A DNA stretch of 64,000 nucleotides, taken from an uncultured Alphaproteobacteria bacterium (GTDB lineage: Bacteria; Pseudomonadota; Alphaproteobacteria; Rhizobiales; Xanthobacteraceae). Each line of letters opens with the position of its first letter. Position 1 is the stretch's first letter. The stretch lies in contig CAWEMR010000005.1 of assembly GCA_963810085.1 (NCBI GenBank), positions 378,648 to 442,647 on the forward strand, read 5' to 3'. Below are positions 46,305 through 55,597 of the stretch, piece by piece. A program made the position numbers and the translations under genes. The notes under the pieces are model-generated. The model did no database searches, was not told the origin of the DNA, and was given only the letters and a program-made list of their open reading frames with translations.

Positions 46305-47487
46305 TACGTTTCAACCTCGCCGTTTCAACCTCGCCGTAATATGCAAGCGTGTTGTCGGCTTCAACACCGTAGCGATGGCCGCGCCATTCGACGCCCCGGC
46401 CAAAGAAACTCGTCACAAAGACGGCAAATGATACTATATCCCGCAGCGGCCCCGACCGGTAGAAGCCCTCGCGCAGACCGAAGGCGCGATCGAGTTCCGT
46501 CTGAAGCACCGCGCGGCAGGCGAAGGCCACAGGCACAAACGCAGCGAGCGGGCTCATACCCCCGAGCAGCACCGCCAGCAATGCCAGCGGCAGAGCGTGC
46601 GTGATTACGGTTCCGGCAAAGCCCAGCGGGTTCACCGAGCGGATGGTGCGCGCCCAACGCAATTCGTGGCGAAACAGGCCTTGAGCCGAGGGCTGCGTGC
46701 ATTCGTGGCCGACGATATACGGCGGAATGGCGACATCAAATCCGGCGCGCCGGACGGCGGCGCCGAGCGCATAATCATCCGCCAGCTGATCGCTCACCGC
46801 TTCCAGCCCGCCGATTGCGGCAAGCGTTTCCTTGCGGATCGCGATGGTCGAGCCGAAGCAGGGTACAGCAAGTCCAAACATAAGGCCGACGAGCACGCTG
46901 GGCAGGAAATGGTAGTCGATGGCGGCGGCAGAGAGCCTGGACCAGATGCCTTCCGCCGCAACCCCCCGATAGAGGCAGGTAACGAGGCCGACGCCGGGCC
47001 GTTGCAGGCTTGCCGCAATGTTATTCAGATAGTCGGGATCAACGACGATATCGCTGTCCGATATCACCAGGACGTCATGCCGGGCTTCGGCCGCCATGTT
47101 GATCAAATTCGAAATCTTGCGGTTGCTGCCGTGACGGCGCGGATTGATCACCAAGCTGAGATCGCGGTCGGGGAAATCCGCGATAATCCGACGCACGACC
47201 TCGATCGCGGGATCGGCGCGGTCGCTCACACCGAAGATGATTTGCACCGGACTCGGATAATCCTGAACGCAGAAGCCGGTCAAATTGGCGTAAAGATTGG
47301 ATTCGGTTCCGTGCAACGGCTTGAGAATCGTGACGGCCGGAGTGCTTGCCGCCTCCGTGCCGCCAGCCGATTCAACAAACCAGCGTGCGGCATAGGCAGC
47401 CAGCAGCGCATAGAGGCAGCCGAGCGCTACCGCCGCATAACAAGCCAGTGACGCCACCTTGGCGCACTCAGCGAATAACTCGTCCAC
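46297..47487 (-). CDS. hpnI: hopanoid-associated family-2 glycosyltransferase
   Basis: 396 aa, GTG start. N-terminal TM helix, GT2 core with VLVISDSDIVV (DxD) and C-terminal TM helices. It lies between hpnL and hpnJ. Confidence 0.75.
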   Translation of the reverse strand: MDELFAECAKVASLACYAAVALGCLYALLAAYAARWFVESAGGTEAASTPAVTILKPLHGTESNLYANLTGFCVQDYPSPVQIIFGVSDRADPAIEVVRRIIADFPDRDLSLVINPRRHGSNRKISNLINMAAEARHDVLVISDSDIVVDPDYLNNIAASLQRPGVGLVTCLYRGVAAEGIWSRLSAAAIDYHFLPSVLVGLMFGLAVPCFGSTIAIRKETLAAIGGLEAVSDQLADDYALGAAVRRAGFDVAIPPYIVGHECTQPSAQGLFRHELRWARTIRSVNPLGFAGTVITHALPLALLAVLLGGMSPLAAFVPVAFACRAVLQTELDRAFGLREGFYRSGPLRDIVSFAVFVTSFFGRGVEWRGHRYGVEADNTLAYYGEVETARLKRNA

Positions 47488-47648
47488 GCCCCCACCCCGT
47501 AAACGGCCTTCTTCGGCCTGACCCAGTTCGGATTATATGGTGCCGCCCCATCTCATGCACGCAAAAGAAATTGCCAAAATAAGCTCCGCAATTAGGCCGG
47601 ACGATCATGGACTTAAGTATCATGCGTTTGATGATCATGGGCGTAACG

Positions 47649-48629
47649 TCATCCGCCGGCCGATTTGCGCTGAGTAAAGAAGCGCCGTCCCTCCAGCACC
47701 TGCCACGCCAAGAGCGACGGGATGCCGAGAACCAGATCGGGAACGCGCTTGATCAACGCCATCGCCAGCGCGACTTCGGCCGGAACGCCAAAAATCGCCG
47801 ACGCCGCGATCATGGTTCCGTCCTGGACCCCAATCCCGGCGGGCAGCATGAAGGCAGCGGCCTTGCCGCCCTGGCCGATGCTCTCGATCGCGATTGCGGC
47901 CGCCACGCTGACCGGGTGGCCCATGAAGTAAAACGCGATCCAGACCTCGACCGCGCCGAAGAAAACCGTCACCAGATGAACGAAAAACGATCCGGACAGA
48001 CCGCGATGATTGCGCCAGATCTGCTTCAGCCGATCGCCGAGATCGACAACGTGGGCGAACAGCGACCAGCGGCGTTTTTCGCAAAAAGCCACGAGCCACC
48101 GGACGACCGGGTCGAACGCGCCAAAGTTCAGGGCCAGGAAGAAGGCCGCCACGGTCGGCAATGCCATCGCTAGCATAACGAAGGTCACGGCGCTGAGCCG
48201 ATGCGGGCCCGGAACATCGAGGACGATACCGACCCCTACGCCCACATAGATCAACAGGCCGACGATCTGGACGAAAATGTCGATCAGGACACTGGCAATG
48301 GCCAAACTTATGGCCGTGCCGAAATGCGAAAGAAGCCTGGCGCCGATGATGTCGCCGCCGACGATGGCAAAAGGAAATAAGGAATTGATGGCCTCGCGGA
48401 TGAAACGCAGGCCGATAAAGACGTGAGGGCCGGGCCCGTTCGGCGTGAGCAGAAACCACCAGCCAATGCCGCATCCCGTAAGCGCCACGGCGCGGGCCAG
48501 GACGACGAGCGCTGTGCCCCATTGCGAGCTAAGCACTGCCTGCATGACTGAAGCGAAGCCGAAATAGGCGACCAGCCCGGTCAGCAGCGCCAGGCCGAGA
48601 ATCCCGGCGATTGGGGCGAAAATCCTCAT
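47649..48629 (-). CDS. hpnL: hopanoid-associated membrane protein (UPF0104 / lysyl-PG-synthase TM-region family)
   Basis: 326 aa and polytopic, upstream of hpnI on the same strand. Confidence 0.7.
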   Translation of the reverse strand: MRIFAPIAGILGLALLTGLVAYFGFASVMQAVLSSQWGTALVVLARAVALTGCGIGWWFLLTPNGPGPHVFIGLRFIREAINSLFPFAIVGGDIIGARLLSHFGTAISLAIASVLIDIFVQIVGLLIYVGVGVGIVLDVPGPHRLSAVTFVMLAMALPTVAAFFLALNFGAFDPVVRWLVAFCEKRRWSLFAHVVDLGDRLKQIWRNHRGLSGSFFVHLVTVFFGAVEVWIAFYFMGHPVSVAAAIAIESIGQGGKAAAFMLPAGIGVQDGTMIAASAIFGVPAEVALAMALIKRVPDLVLGIPSLLAWQVLEGRRFFTQRKSAGG

Positions 48630-48792
48630 CTGGAAGCCGTCATTTCCACGCCATATAGGAAATTTCGTGGAAGCAAATCCAGCCAGAGGTGTGACGACAC
48701 CAATTCATCTGTGAGGTGTGGCTTTTCTGCACTAGTGGACCGCGGATGCCCCTTCTATCTTTAGTTTTCAACATCTAACCATGGGGGCAAAA

Positions 48793-48903
48793 ATGAAAAA
48801 GCTCGCGTTCGGTACGGCAGTTGTTCTCGCACTTCTCAGCATGGCTGGCTGCGCACAAGTCGGCAAAGGCAAGGCGCCGCCGCCGGTCGTCACCAAGGGC
48901 TAA
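48793..48903 (+). CDS. 36-aa lipoprotein (hypothetical)
   Basis: Hand translation gives MKKLAFGTAVVLALLSMAGCAQVGKGKAPPPVVTKG, with a lipobox LSMAG|C. It is below the ORF-track size cut-off and lies between hpnL and hpnG. Confidence 0.5.
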   Translation: MKKLAFGTAVVLALLSMAGCAQVGKGKAPPPVVTKG

Positions 48904-49036
48904 CCGCGAAGACGGTCGGTATGAAGACGGGCATGCTCGGCCGCTCCCGCGGGTGTTCTTTGAGACTAAAGTTTCGCAGTGTGATCGATCACGATGTGAC
49001 TGATCGCGGTGTGATAGAAGTACAAGTGGGGGCCAC

Positions 49037-49714
49037 GTGATCATCGTCGTCGGACTGGCATTTGAAGCACGCATCGCCGCAGGACCAGGGGTGCGTGTCA
49101 TCTGCAGCGGCGATGGTCGCAACTTGGCAGCTAAACTTACAGCAGCGATCGCGGATGCCCGCGAACACGTTCAGGGCTGTCCGGGCATCATCAGTTTCGG
49201 CGTAGCCGGGGGGCTGGCGCCGCAACTGCGGCCCGGCACCTGCGTGGTCGGGTCCGCGGTTATTTCCGGTGAGAACCGGATGCCGATCAGCCGGGAATGG
49301 TCGCACAAGCTTTTGCGGACCATTCCGGACGCGATCCCGGGCGTGCTGCTCGGCGTTCCGGCGCCGATCGCCAATCCGGACGAAAAGCGCGAACTCTATG
49401 TGAAGACCGGCGCCATCGCGGTCGATATGGAATCCCATATCGTCGCCGCGGTTGGCTTAGCCCACGAACTGCCGGTGGCGGCGATCCGGGTCATTACCGA
49501 TCCCGCCAGACGCGCCTTGCCGGCCTCTGCGGTCGCGGCCATGCGCCCGAACGGCACCACGAATATCGGCGCCATGCTCCGTTCGGTGCTGCGGCGGCCG
49601 AAGGAACTGCCGGCCCTTTTCCAAACGGCGCTCGACGCACGCGCCGCGCGGGCAACCCTGGTGCGTGGAAGGCACTTACTCGGTCCTGCATTTACCTTGC
49701 CATCGACGACTTGA
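49037..49714 (+). CDS. hpnG: hopanoid-associated phosphorylase/nucleosidase (PNP/UDP family)
   Basis: 225 aa, GTG start. IIVVGLAFEARI..., ISFGVAGGL and AVDMESH are motifs of the PNP_UDP_1 fold. The hpn neighbourhood supports the call. Confidence 0.75.
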   Translation: MIIVVGLAFEARIAAGPGVRVICSGDGRNLAAKLTAAIADAREHVQGCPGIISFGVAGGLAPQLRPGTCVVGSAVISGENRMPISREWSHKLLRTIPDAIPGVLLGVPAPIANPDEKRELYVKTGAIAVDMESHIVAAVGLAHELPVAAIRVITDPARRALPASAVAAMRPNGTTNIGAMLRSVLRRPKELPALFQTALDARAARATLVRGRHLLGPAFTLPSTT

Positions 49715-49726
49715 GAGGCATCGGCC

Positions 49727-49921
49727 ATGTTCAAGTCCGCTGCGGAAGAGATCGGCGAGTGGGCTGACCGGTGCCGGCGGTGGGCTCGCAGCGCGCAATC
49801 CAAAGAACAGCGGCTGATGTTGCAGAGCTGGGAACGCTTGTTCAATCAAGCCGAGATCGAATCCGAAGAGAGTTTCGATTTCCGTTACAGCCCAAGCCCA
49901 CACGCGCCGACCAAATTCTAA
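49727..49921 (+). CDS. small helical hypothetical protein (64 aa)
   Basis: MFKSAAEEIGEWADRCRRWARSAQSKEQRLMLQSWERLF... resembles a class of small helical proteins that I recall as common in Rhizobiales. It starts 13 nt after hpnG. Confidence 0.45.
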   Translation: MFKSAAEEIGEWADRCRRWARSAQSKEQRLMLQSWERLFNQAEIESEESFDFRYSPSPHAPTKF

Positions 49922-50093
49922 TCCACGAAGAATAATCGAATCATCCCTGCAAGGGGTCGGACGCGTGATCGCCGCCGACCTCCGGGATCAATGTGCGGTT
50001 GGATGCGACGTGCCATTCGCCGTTTTTGCGGCAGGCAAGAGCTGCTTCGGAGACGTTCCGCCCACGGCGCCGCGGGTGTAAAAAGAAACCCGC

Positions 50094-51161
50094 ATGACCC
50101 GCACGAGGTTCGCTATGATCGAACGTAGGGCTTCGTACGACGCCGCACCGCAGGCGCTGGGATATGTGGGAATTCGCGCCAAGGATCTGGGCGATTGGGC
50201 AAGCTATGGCTCAGGGCTCCTCGGCCTCCAGCGCATCGACAAATCGCGTTCGACGCTCGCCTTCCGGATGGACGATCGCAAGCAACGCCTCCTGGTCGAG
50301 GCCGACGGCGGTGCCGGCATCGGCCTTTTCGGCTGGGAGGTGGCGGACGCGCCGGCGCTCGAGGCCATTGCCACACGTCTCGAACAAAGCGAAATCAAGG
50401 TTGCACGCGGCACACGAGCGCTTGCCGACGAACGCCACGTCAAGGATCTGATCGTGCTCAGCGACCCGGCCGGCAACCGGCTCGAACTCTTTCATGGCGC
50501 CGAGACCACGGCGGAACCGTTCAAGCCAGGCCGCTCCATCTCGGGCTTTCGCACCGGTCCGCTCGGCCTGGGCCACGTCGTGCTCAACGCCGACACTCCG
50601 CAGACGATCGAAACCTTGATGGCGTTTTATCGCGACACGCTCGGTTTCCGGCTGACGGATTACTATTCGCATCCTTTCGTCGCCCGCTTTCTTCATCTCA
50701 ATCCGCGCCACCACAGCCTCGCCTTCATCCAGACCGGCAAGAACGCGGTCCATCACATCATGATGGAGCTTTTCAGCTTCGACGATGTCGGTCAGGGCTA
50801 CGATCTCGCGCTCGGCGAAAAGGACCGCGTCGCGGTGACGCTCGGCCGCCACACCAGCGATTTCATCACCTCGTTCTACAGCTGGACGCCTTCCGGGTTC
50901 ATGGTCGAATACGGTTGGGGCGCACGTTCGATCGACGTCGATAGCTGGCAAGCCTTTGAACGCAAGGAAGGCCCAAGCATGTGGGGCCACGACCGCTCGT
51001 GGCTGTCGCCGGAGGACAACGCCAAGGCCGGCGCCTTGCGGCTGAAGAATGCCGCCGACGGGTTTCGCCGCCCGGTCCAGGTGATCGACGGCAATTACGA
51101 AGTGATGTCGGGCGTCTGCCCGTGGTGGGATAGTGTGAAACAGCGCACCGCCGCACGCTGA
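50094..51161 (+). CDS. type I extradiol ring-cleavage dioxygenase (BphC/HsaC-like) with a C-terminal extension
   Basis: LGYVGIRAKDL..., GLGHVVL, RHHSLAF, HHIMMEL, LGRHTSDFITSFY, EYGWGA and SMWGH are two-domain VOC extradiol signatures. The start could be 50094 or M8 at 50115. Confidence 0.8.
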   Translation: MTRTRFAMIERRASYDAAPQALGYVGIRAKDLGDWASYGSGLLGLQRIDKSRSTLAFRMDDRKQRLLVEADGGAGIGLFGWEVADAPALEAIATRLEQSEIKVARGTRALADERHVKDLIVLSDPAGNRLELFHGAETTAEPFKPGRSISGFRTGPLGLGHVVLNADTPQTIETLMAFYRDTLGFRLTDYYSHPFVARFLHLNPRHHSLAFIQTGKNAVHHIMMELFSFDDVGQGYDLALGEKDRVAVTLGRHTSDFITSFYSWTPSGFMVEYGWGARSIDVDSWQAFERKEGPSMWGHDRSWLSPEDNAKAGALRLKNAADGFRRPVQVIDGNYEVMSGVCPWWDSVKQRTAAR

Positions 51162-51174
51162 CCCGCGCCGCCGA

Positions 51175-52458
51175 TCACGACAGCATTTGCAACTTGCCGC
51201 CGACCGGAATTTCCGGCGCGGGCTTATTCGCTGTGATGACGAGATCGAAGGCACCAGCGTTGCGCTGCCACTGGCCGGCGACGAGCGGCGTCTTGCTCAC
51301 GTTCTTGACCGGCTGGCCGGTCCAGCGCACCGGGCCGACGATCGAATTGTAATTCGTGGCGACAATGGCCTCGAGGATGGCTTTCGGATCGATGCTCTTG
51401 CTGCGCTTGAGCACATCGATTGCCACCTCGAACAAGGCGTGCTGGTAACCGATCGGCTGCGACCACGGGCGCTTGGTGGCGTCCACATAAGCATCGGTCA
51501 GCGTCCGCGCGCTTTCGCCGGTCAATCCCGATTTGAACGGATGGTTAGGCGTCCACCAGATTTCGCTGGTCAGGCCGCTGCCGCGCGGCCCGAGCGAATT
51601 CACCACCGACGGAAACAACAGCGCCTTGCCGATGGTCACGATCTTGGGATGATATCCCTGCTGCGCCGCCTGCGACCAGAAGGTCGCGAAGTCGGGCGGA
51701 ATCATGTTGCCGGTGACGATCTCGGCGCCGGCCGCCTTGAACTGCGAGATCTGCGAAGTGAAATCGTTGTTCATCACCTGATAGCGGCCGGGATCGATCA
51801 GCTTGTAGCCGGCCTGGGCCAACGCCGGCGGCAGGCCGAGCTTCGGATCGCCCCAGGCATTGCCGTCGGCATCGTTGGGAAACAAGCCGCCGACCACTTT
51901 GTTGACCGACGCGCCGTCCCACAGCGCGAGGAATGCGGCGATGACGTCTTCCAGGCCCCAGAAGAAATGATAGGTCCAGGTGAACCCATTCTTCGGATCG
52001 CCGTTGCGGCCGAAGAAATAAGGCTGCCACGGACAATTGGTGGTGACGCAGGGCACCTCGTTGACTTCGGCCTGATCGGCCACCGGATTGGTGGTGTCGG
52101 GCGTGCCCTGCGCCAGAAGCAGGTCGACCTTGTCGTGCAGGATCAGTTCGGACGCCACTTCGGCGGCGCGGGTGCCGCTCGATTGGCTGTCCTTGCTGAC
52201 AATTTCGACCGAGTAGGTCTTGCCTCCGATCGGCAGGCCTTTGCTCAAGATGCCTCTCACCCGATCGAGAATGAAACCGTCAGCTTCGCCGAATCCCGCC
52301 AGTGGGCCGGTATGCGGGCTGACGAGACCGACCTTGACGCCCTTCGATTGCGCATGGGCGGGAATGATCCGCAGCACCGCGGGCGCCATGATCGCGCCAA
52401 GACCGCCGGCGACGACACCGCGACGATTGACGGCTGACCACTTCCTGTTGTTGGTCAT
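51175..52458 (-). CDS. periplasmic substrate-binding protein (LivK/Peripla_BP_6 type), Tat-like signal
   Basis: 427 aa with NRRGVVAGGLGAIMAPAVL...AHAQ, then VKVGLVSPHTGPLAGFG.... There are no adjacent permease or ATPase genes. Confidence 0.8.
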   Translation of the reverse strand: MTNNRKWSAVNRRGVVAGGLGAIMAPAVLRIIPAHAQSKGVKVGLVSPHTGPLAGFGEADGFILDRVRGILSKGLPIGGKTYSVEIVSKDSQSSGTRAAEVASELILHDKVDLLLAQGTPDTTNPVADQAEVNEVPCVTTNCPWQPYFFGRNGDPKNGFTWTYHFFWGLEDVIAAFLALWDGASVNKVVGGLFPNDADGNAWGDPKLGLPPALAQAGYKLIDPGRYQVMNNDFTSQISQFKAAGAEIVTGNMIPPDFATFWSQAAQQGYHPKIVTIGKALLFPSVVNSLGPRGSGLTSEIWWTPNHPFKSGLTGESARTLTDAYVDATKRPWSQPIGYQHALFEVAIDVLKRSKSIDPKAILEAIVATNYNSIVGPVRWTGQPVKNVSKTPLVAGQWQRNAGAFDLVITANKPAPEIPVGGKLQMLS

Positions 52459-52510
52459 TGAAATCTCCCTGGTCCCGGCTCGTTGCCTGCCTCTCTTGCC
52501 GGAGAGGCAA

Positions 52511-53425
52511 TTATTTGTCGCGCGACGCTTTCAGATGCGCCACGACTTTGGCGCGCAAGGCGGCCTGCTCTTCGGCACTCCACTTGCGAAAGCCCTCGCC
52601 CGATTTGAAACCGAGCTTGCCGTCGGCGACAAGCTTCTTCAGGTAAGGCGACGGCCCCGGCCGGCTGTCGATCGCCGGCAGCACGTTGTCGTGAATCGCA
52701 AGCGCCAGATCGGTGCCGACGAGATCGGCGTTTTCGAGCGGCCCGAGCACCGCGATGCGCCGACCAAATGAAGCCTTGATCACGGCGTCCACGGTCTCGG
52801 CGTCGCAGATGCCGTTTTCGACCAGCGAGATCGCCTCGCGCCACAGCGCGTGTTGCAGCCTGTTGCCGATGAAGCCCGGCACGTCCTTTTTGACATGGGC
52901 GGGCTTCTTGCCGGCGCGGCGATGCAGTTCCATGGTCCAGCTAACGGTCTGCGGCGAGGTCCATTGCGTTTCGATCACTTCGACCAGCGGCACCAGAAAC
53001 GGCGGATTCCACCAATGGGTGCCAAGCGCGCGCTCCAGTTGGTTCAGGCCCTGCATGATCGAGGTGATCGGAATGACCGAGGTATTGCTGGCAAGGATCG
53101 TGTCGGCGCGCACGTGGCGCTCGATCTCCGCGAACAGCGTTTGCTTGAGCGGCAGATCTTCCAGCACCGCTTCGACGACGTAATCGGCGTCGCGGACGGC
53201 TAAGGCAAGGTCGGCCTGCGGCGTGACGCGGTCGACGGCGGAAGGATCGTCACCGAGGTCTTTCAGGTTCGCGGAGATGCGCGACTTCACGGTCTCGAGA
53301 CTTTTGACAAACGAGTCGGTGATCGTGACATCGTGCCCGGCAAGCGCGAACACTTGCGCAATGCCGTGGCCCATCAGGCCCGCGCCGACGACCGCAATAC
53401 GCGCCTTCGCCACGTCGACTGTCAT
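52511..53425 (-). CDS. 3-hydroxyacyl-CoA dehydrogenase-family protein
   Basis: 304 aa with IAVVGAGLMGHGIA, SNTS, GTHWWNPP and GFIGNRL motifs. Confidence 0.85.
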   Translation of the reverse strand: MTVDVAKARIAVVGAGLMGHGIAQVFALAGHDVTITDSFVKSLETVKSRISANLKDLGDDPSAVDRVTPQADLALAVRDADYVVEAVLEDLPLKQTLFAEIERHVRADTILASNTSVIPITSIMQGLNQLERALGTHWWNPPFLVPLVEVIETQWTSPQTVSWTMELHRRAGKKPAHVKKDVPGFIGNRLQHALWREAISLVENGICDAETVDAVIKASFGRRIAVLGPLENADLVGTDLALAIHDNVLPAIDSRPGPSPYLKKLVADGKLGFKSGEGFRKWSAEEQAALRAKVVAHLKASRDK

Positions 53426-53427
53426 TG

Positions 53428-54231
53428 TCAGCCCGCCGTATAGCCGCCGTCGGCATAAAGGATGTGGCCGGTGTAGAAGTCGGACGCCTTGGACGCGAGG
53501 AACAACAGCGGCCCGGCGAGATCTTCGGGCTCGCCGAGACGGCCCTTCGGCACGCGCGTCAGAAAGCCCGCGCGCACGGTCTTGCCACGCTCGTCATCGG
53601 CGAACATCCACTCGGTCAGCGGCGAGCGGAAAACCGTGGGACCGAGCGCATTGACCGTGATCCCGGTGGCGCCGAGCTCGCAGCCGAGCGCCTTGGTGAT
53701 GCCGTCGACGGCGGATTTCGAGGCGCAATAAGCGGTATAGCCGGCCGGGTGGCCGAGCAGGCCGCGCGCGGACGACATCAGAATAATCTTGCCGCCGCGG
53801 CCCTGCTTGATCATCTGCCGCGCCGCGGCGCGCGCCATCAGCCAGGATTGCGTGACATTGGCGTCCATCACGTCGAGAAAATCCTCGGCCTTTTGATCGA
53901 CGATCTTCGCCACTTTGTTCTGGCCCGAGGCGACGACCAGGATGTCGAGGCCGCCGAATGCCTCGACCGCCGCCGCGACAATGGCGTCGCAATGCGCTTC
54001 GGAGCTTGGGCGTTTGGCCACGACCTCGGCCTTGCCGCCGAGCTTGACGCAGTCCGCGGCGAGCTTCTTGAGCCCTTCCGCATTGTTTGCGGCGGCGACG
54101 ACACTAGCGCCGGCTGCGGCCAAAGTTTTTGCGGCAATGGCGCCGAATGCACCGGTCGCGCCGGTGACGATGGCAGCCTTGCCGCGCACATCGAACAGCG
54201 AGAGTGGGTTTTTCAGAAAATCTTCGGACAT
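53428..54231 (-). CDS. SDR-family oxidoreductase
   Basis: The start was taken at M37 of ORF 53428..54339 (MSEDFLKNPLSLFDVRGKAAIVTGATGAFG...). The catalytic Ser and YCASK are present. The stop lies 2 nt before the next ATG. Confidence 0.85.
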   Translation of the reverse strand: MSEDFLKNPLSLFDVRGKAAIVTGATGAFGAIAAKTLAAAGASVVAAANNAEGLKKLAADCVKLGGKAEVVAKRPSSEAHCDAIVAAAVEAFGGLDILVVASGQNKVAKIVDQKAEDFLDVMDANVTQSWLMARAAARQMIKQGRGGKIILMSSARGLLGHPAGYTAYCASKSAVDGITKALGCELGATGITVNALGPTVFRSPLTEWMFADDERGKTVRAGFLTRVPKGRLGEPEDLAGPLLFLASKASDFYTGHILYADGGYTAG

Positions 54232-54302
54232 GATCGTTACTCGTGTTTGAACCGTCACCGAGGCGCGAGCGGAGCGGGCCTCAGGATGACGGAGCACAAA
54301 CG

Positions 54303-54641
54303 CTATTTCACCGGCGCCACGGCCACCGCGATGGTGCAAACATCATGGCCGCGATTGATGATCTCGCGGCTTTCGTTCGGACCGATGTAGCAGCTATCGC
54401 CCGCCTTGATGACAGACTCCTTGCCGCCGGCAATGACCGTGAGTTCGCCGGCCAGCACATAGTAAATCTTCTCCGGCGGCGAAGCGTCGGGGCCGGCGCC
54501 GCCGCCCGGCAGAAAGTGCGAGACGCCAAAGACCAGCGTTTGCGAGCCACCCATCTCGGCGCCGAACACGCGAAACGACTTGTATTCGCGGTGGTTCGGC
54601 GCTTCGTAGGGTTTCGCTTCGGAGAACTTGCGGACGATCAT
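54303..54641 (-). CDS. cupin-domain protein (112 aa)
   Basis: The start was taken at M83 of ORF 54303..54887 (MIVRKFSEAKPYEAPNHREY...YYVLAGELTV...GDSCYIGPNE). It shares a TAATG overlap with the upstream cyclase gene. Confidence 0.7.
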   Translation of the reverse strand: MIVRKFSEAKPYEAPNHREYKSFRVFGAEMGGSQTLVFGVSHFLPGGGAGPDASPPEKIYYVLAGELTVIAGGKESVIKAGDSCYIGPNESREIINRGHDVCTIAVAVAPVK

Positions 54642-55483
54642 TAGAACTTCTCCCCCTTCTCGATGCGATAGGCGCCCTTCGGATCGATGATCGCGACTAA
54701 TCGGATGATGCAGCCGTCGCCGCGATCCCAGTTCCACGGGAAGAACGCGAAGGTGCAGCGCTTGCCGGTGACTTTGTCTATATCGCCGCCGACATTCTCG
54801 ATGCCGAGAATGCCGTTCTTGAACAGGATGCGGTGCACCGGCTCCCATTCGGGAAAGTCGTCCTTCCAGTCGCGGCCGCCGGACCATTCCTTATATTCAT
54901 CGGCGAGATGCGGATGCAGCGGACCGTTGCGCTGCGGGCCGATCGCGGTCGCCAGCGGATGATCATTGGCCTGGGTGTCGTGGCCGACGACCTTGACCTT
55001 CTTTTCGACGAACCATTTGCCGGCCGACGACACAAAGCCCGGCGAGCGGCAGAAATAGTCCTCGCTGTCTTCGTAAAGCTTGTGCCAGCCGGTATTGACG
55101 ATGACGACGTCACGGGGCCGCACAATCCTGCCGGCCGCCTTCTCCAGATCGTCATAGGTGATCTGTTCCCATTTCTTCTTCGGGATCGAGATCACGATGC
55201 CGGAGCCGAAGAAATGCGGCAGCGGCACTTCATCGATGAACGGCGTGCCCTGCACCACATGTGCCGGCGCATCGATATGGGTGGTGTTGTGCATCGACGT
55301 CGTGATGCGCTGCGACAGCACGCCCGACTTCGCCATGTAATGAATGCGCTCGATCTTGACGTCTTCGAAATAGGGCCAGTTCGGCGACTGATAGCCGAAG
55401 CGATGCGACAGATTGTAGAATTGCAGCCCCATCGCGTTGTTGAGGTTTTCTTCGAAACTCACTCCGCGAATTTTCTTCGCCAC
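54641..55483 (-). CDS. cyclase-family protein (metal-dependent hydrolase fold)
   Basis: 280 aa with SMHNTTHIDAPAHV and VVGHDTQAND motifs. It is the first gene of the minus-strand operon downstream of iclR. Confidence 0.8.
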   Translation of the reverse strand: MAKKIRGVSFEENLNNAMGLQFYNLSHRFGYQSPNWPYFEDVKIERIHYMAKSGVLSQRITTSMHNTTHIDAPAHVVQGTPFIDEVPLPHFFGSGIVISIPKKKWEQITYDDLEKAAGRIVRPRDVVIVNTGWHKLYEDSEDYFCRSPGFVSSAGKWFVEKKVKVVGHDTQANDHPLATAIGPQRNGPLHPHLADEYKEWSGGRDWKDDFPEWEPVHRILFKNGILGIENVGGDIDKVTGKRCTFAFFPWNWDRGDGCIIRLVAIIDPKGAYRIEKGEKF

Positions 55484-55597
55484 AGTGTCTTCCTCCCGGT
55501 TTCTTCCCGCATCCGCTTCAGCGGCGGTTACGGCACGTGTACTGGTATCCGGTACGGTGTGTACCGCAACGCGGTCGACCGGACAAGCCGCCCGTCG

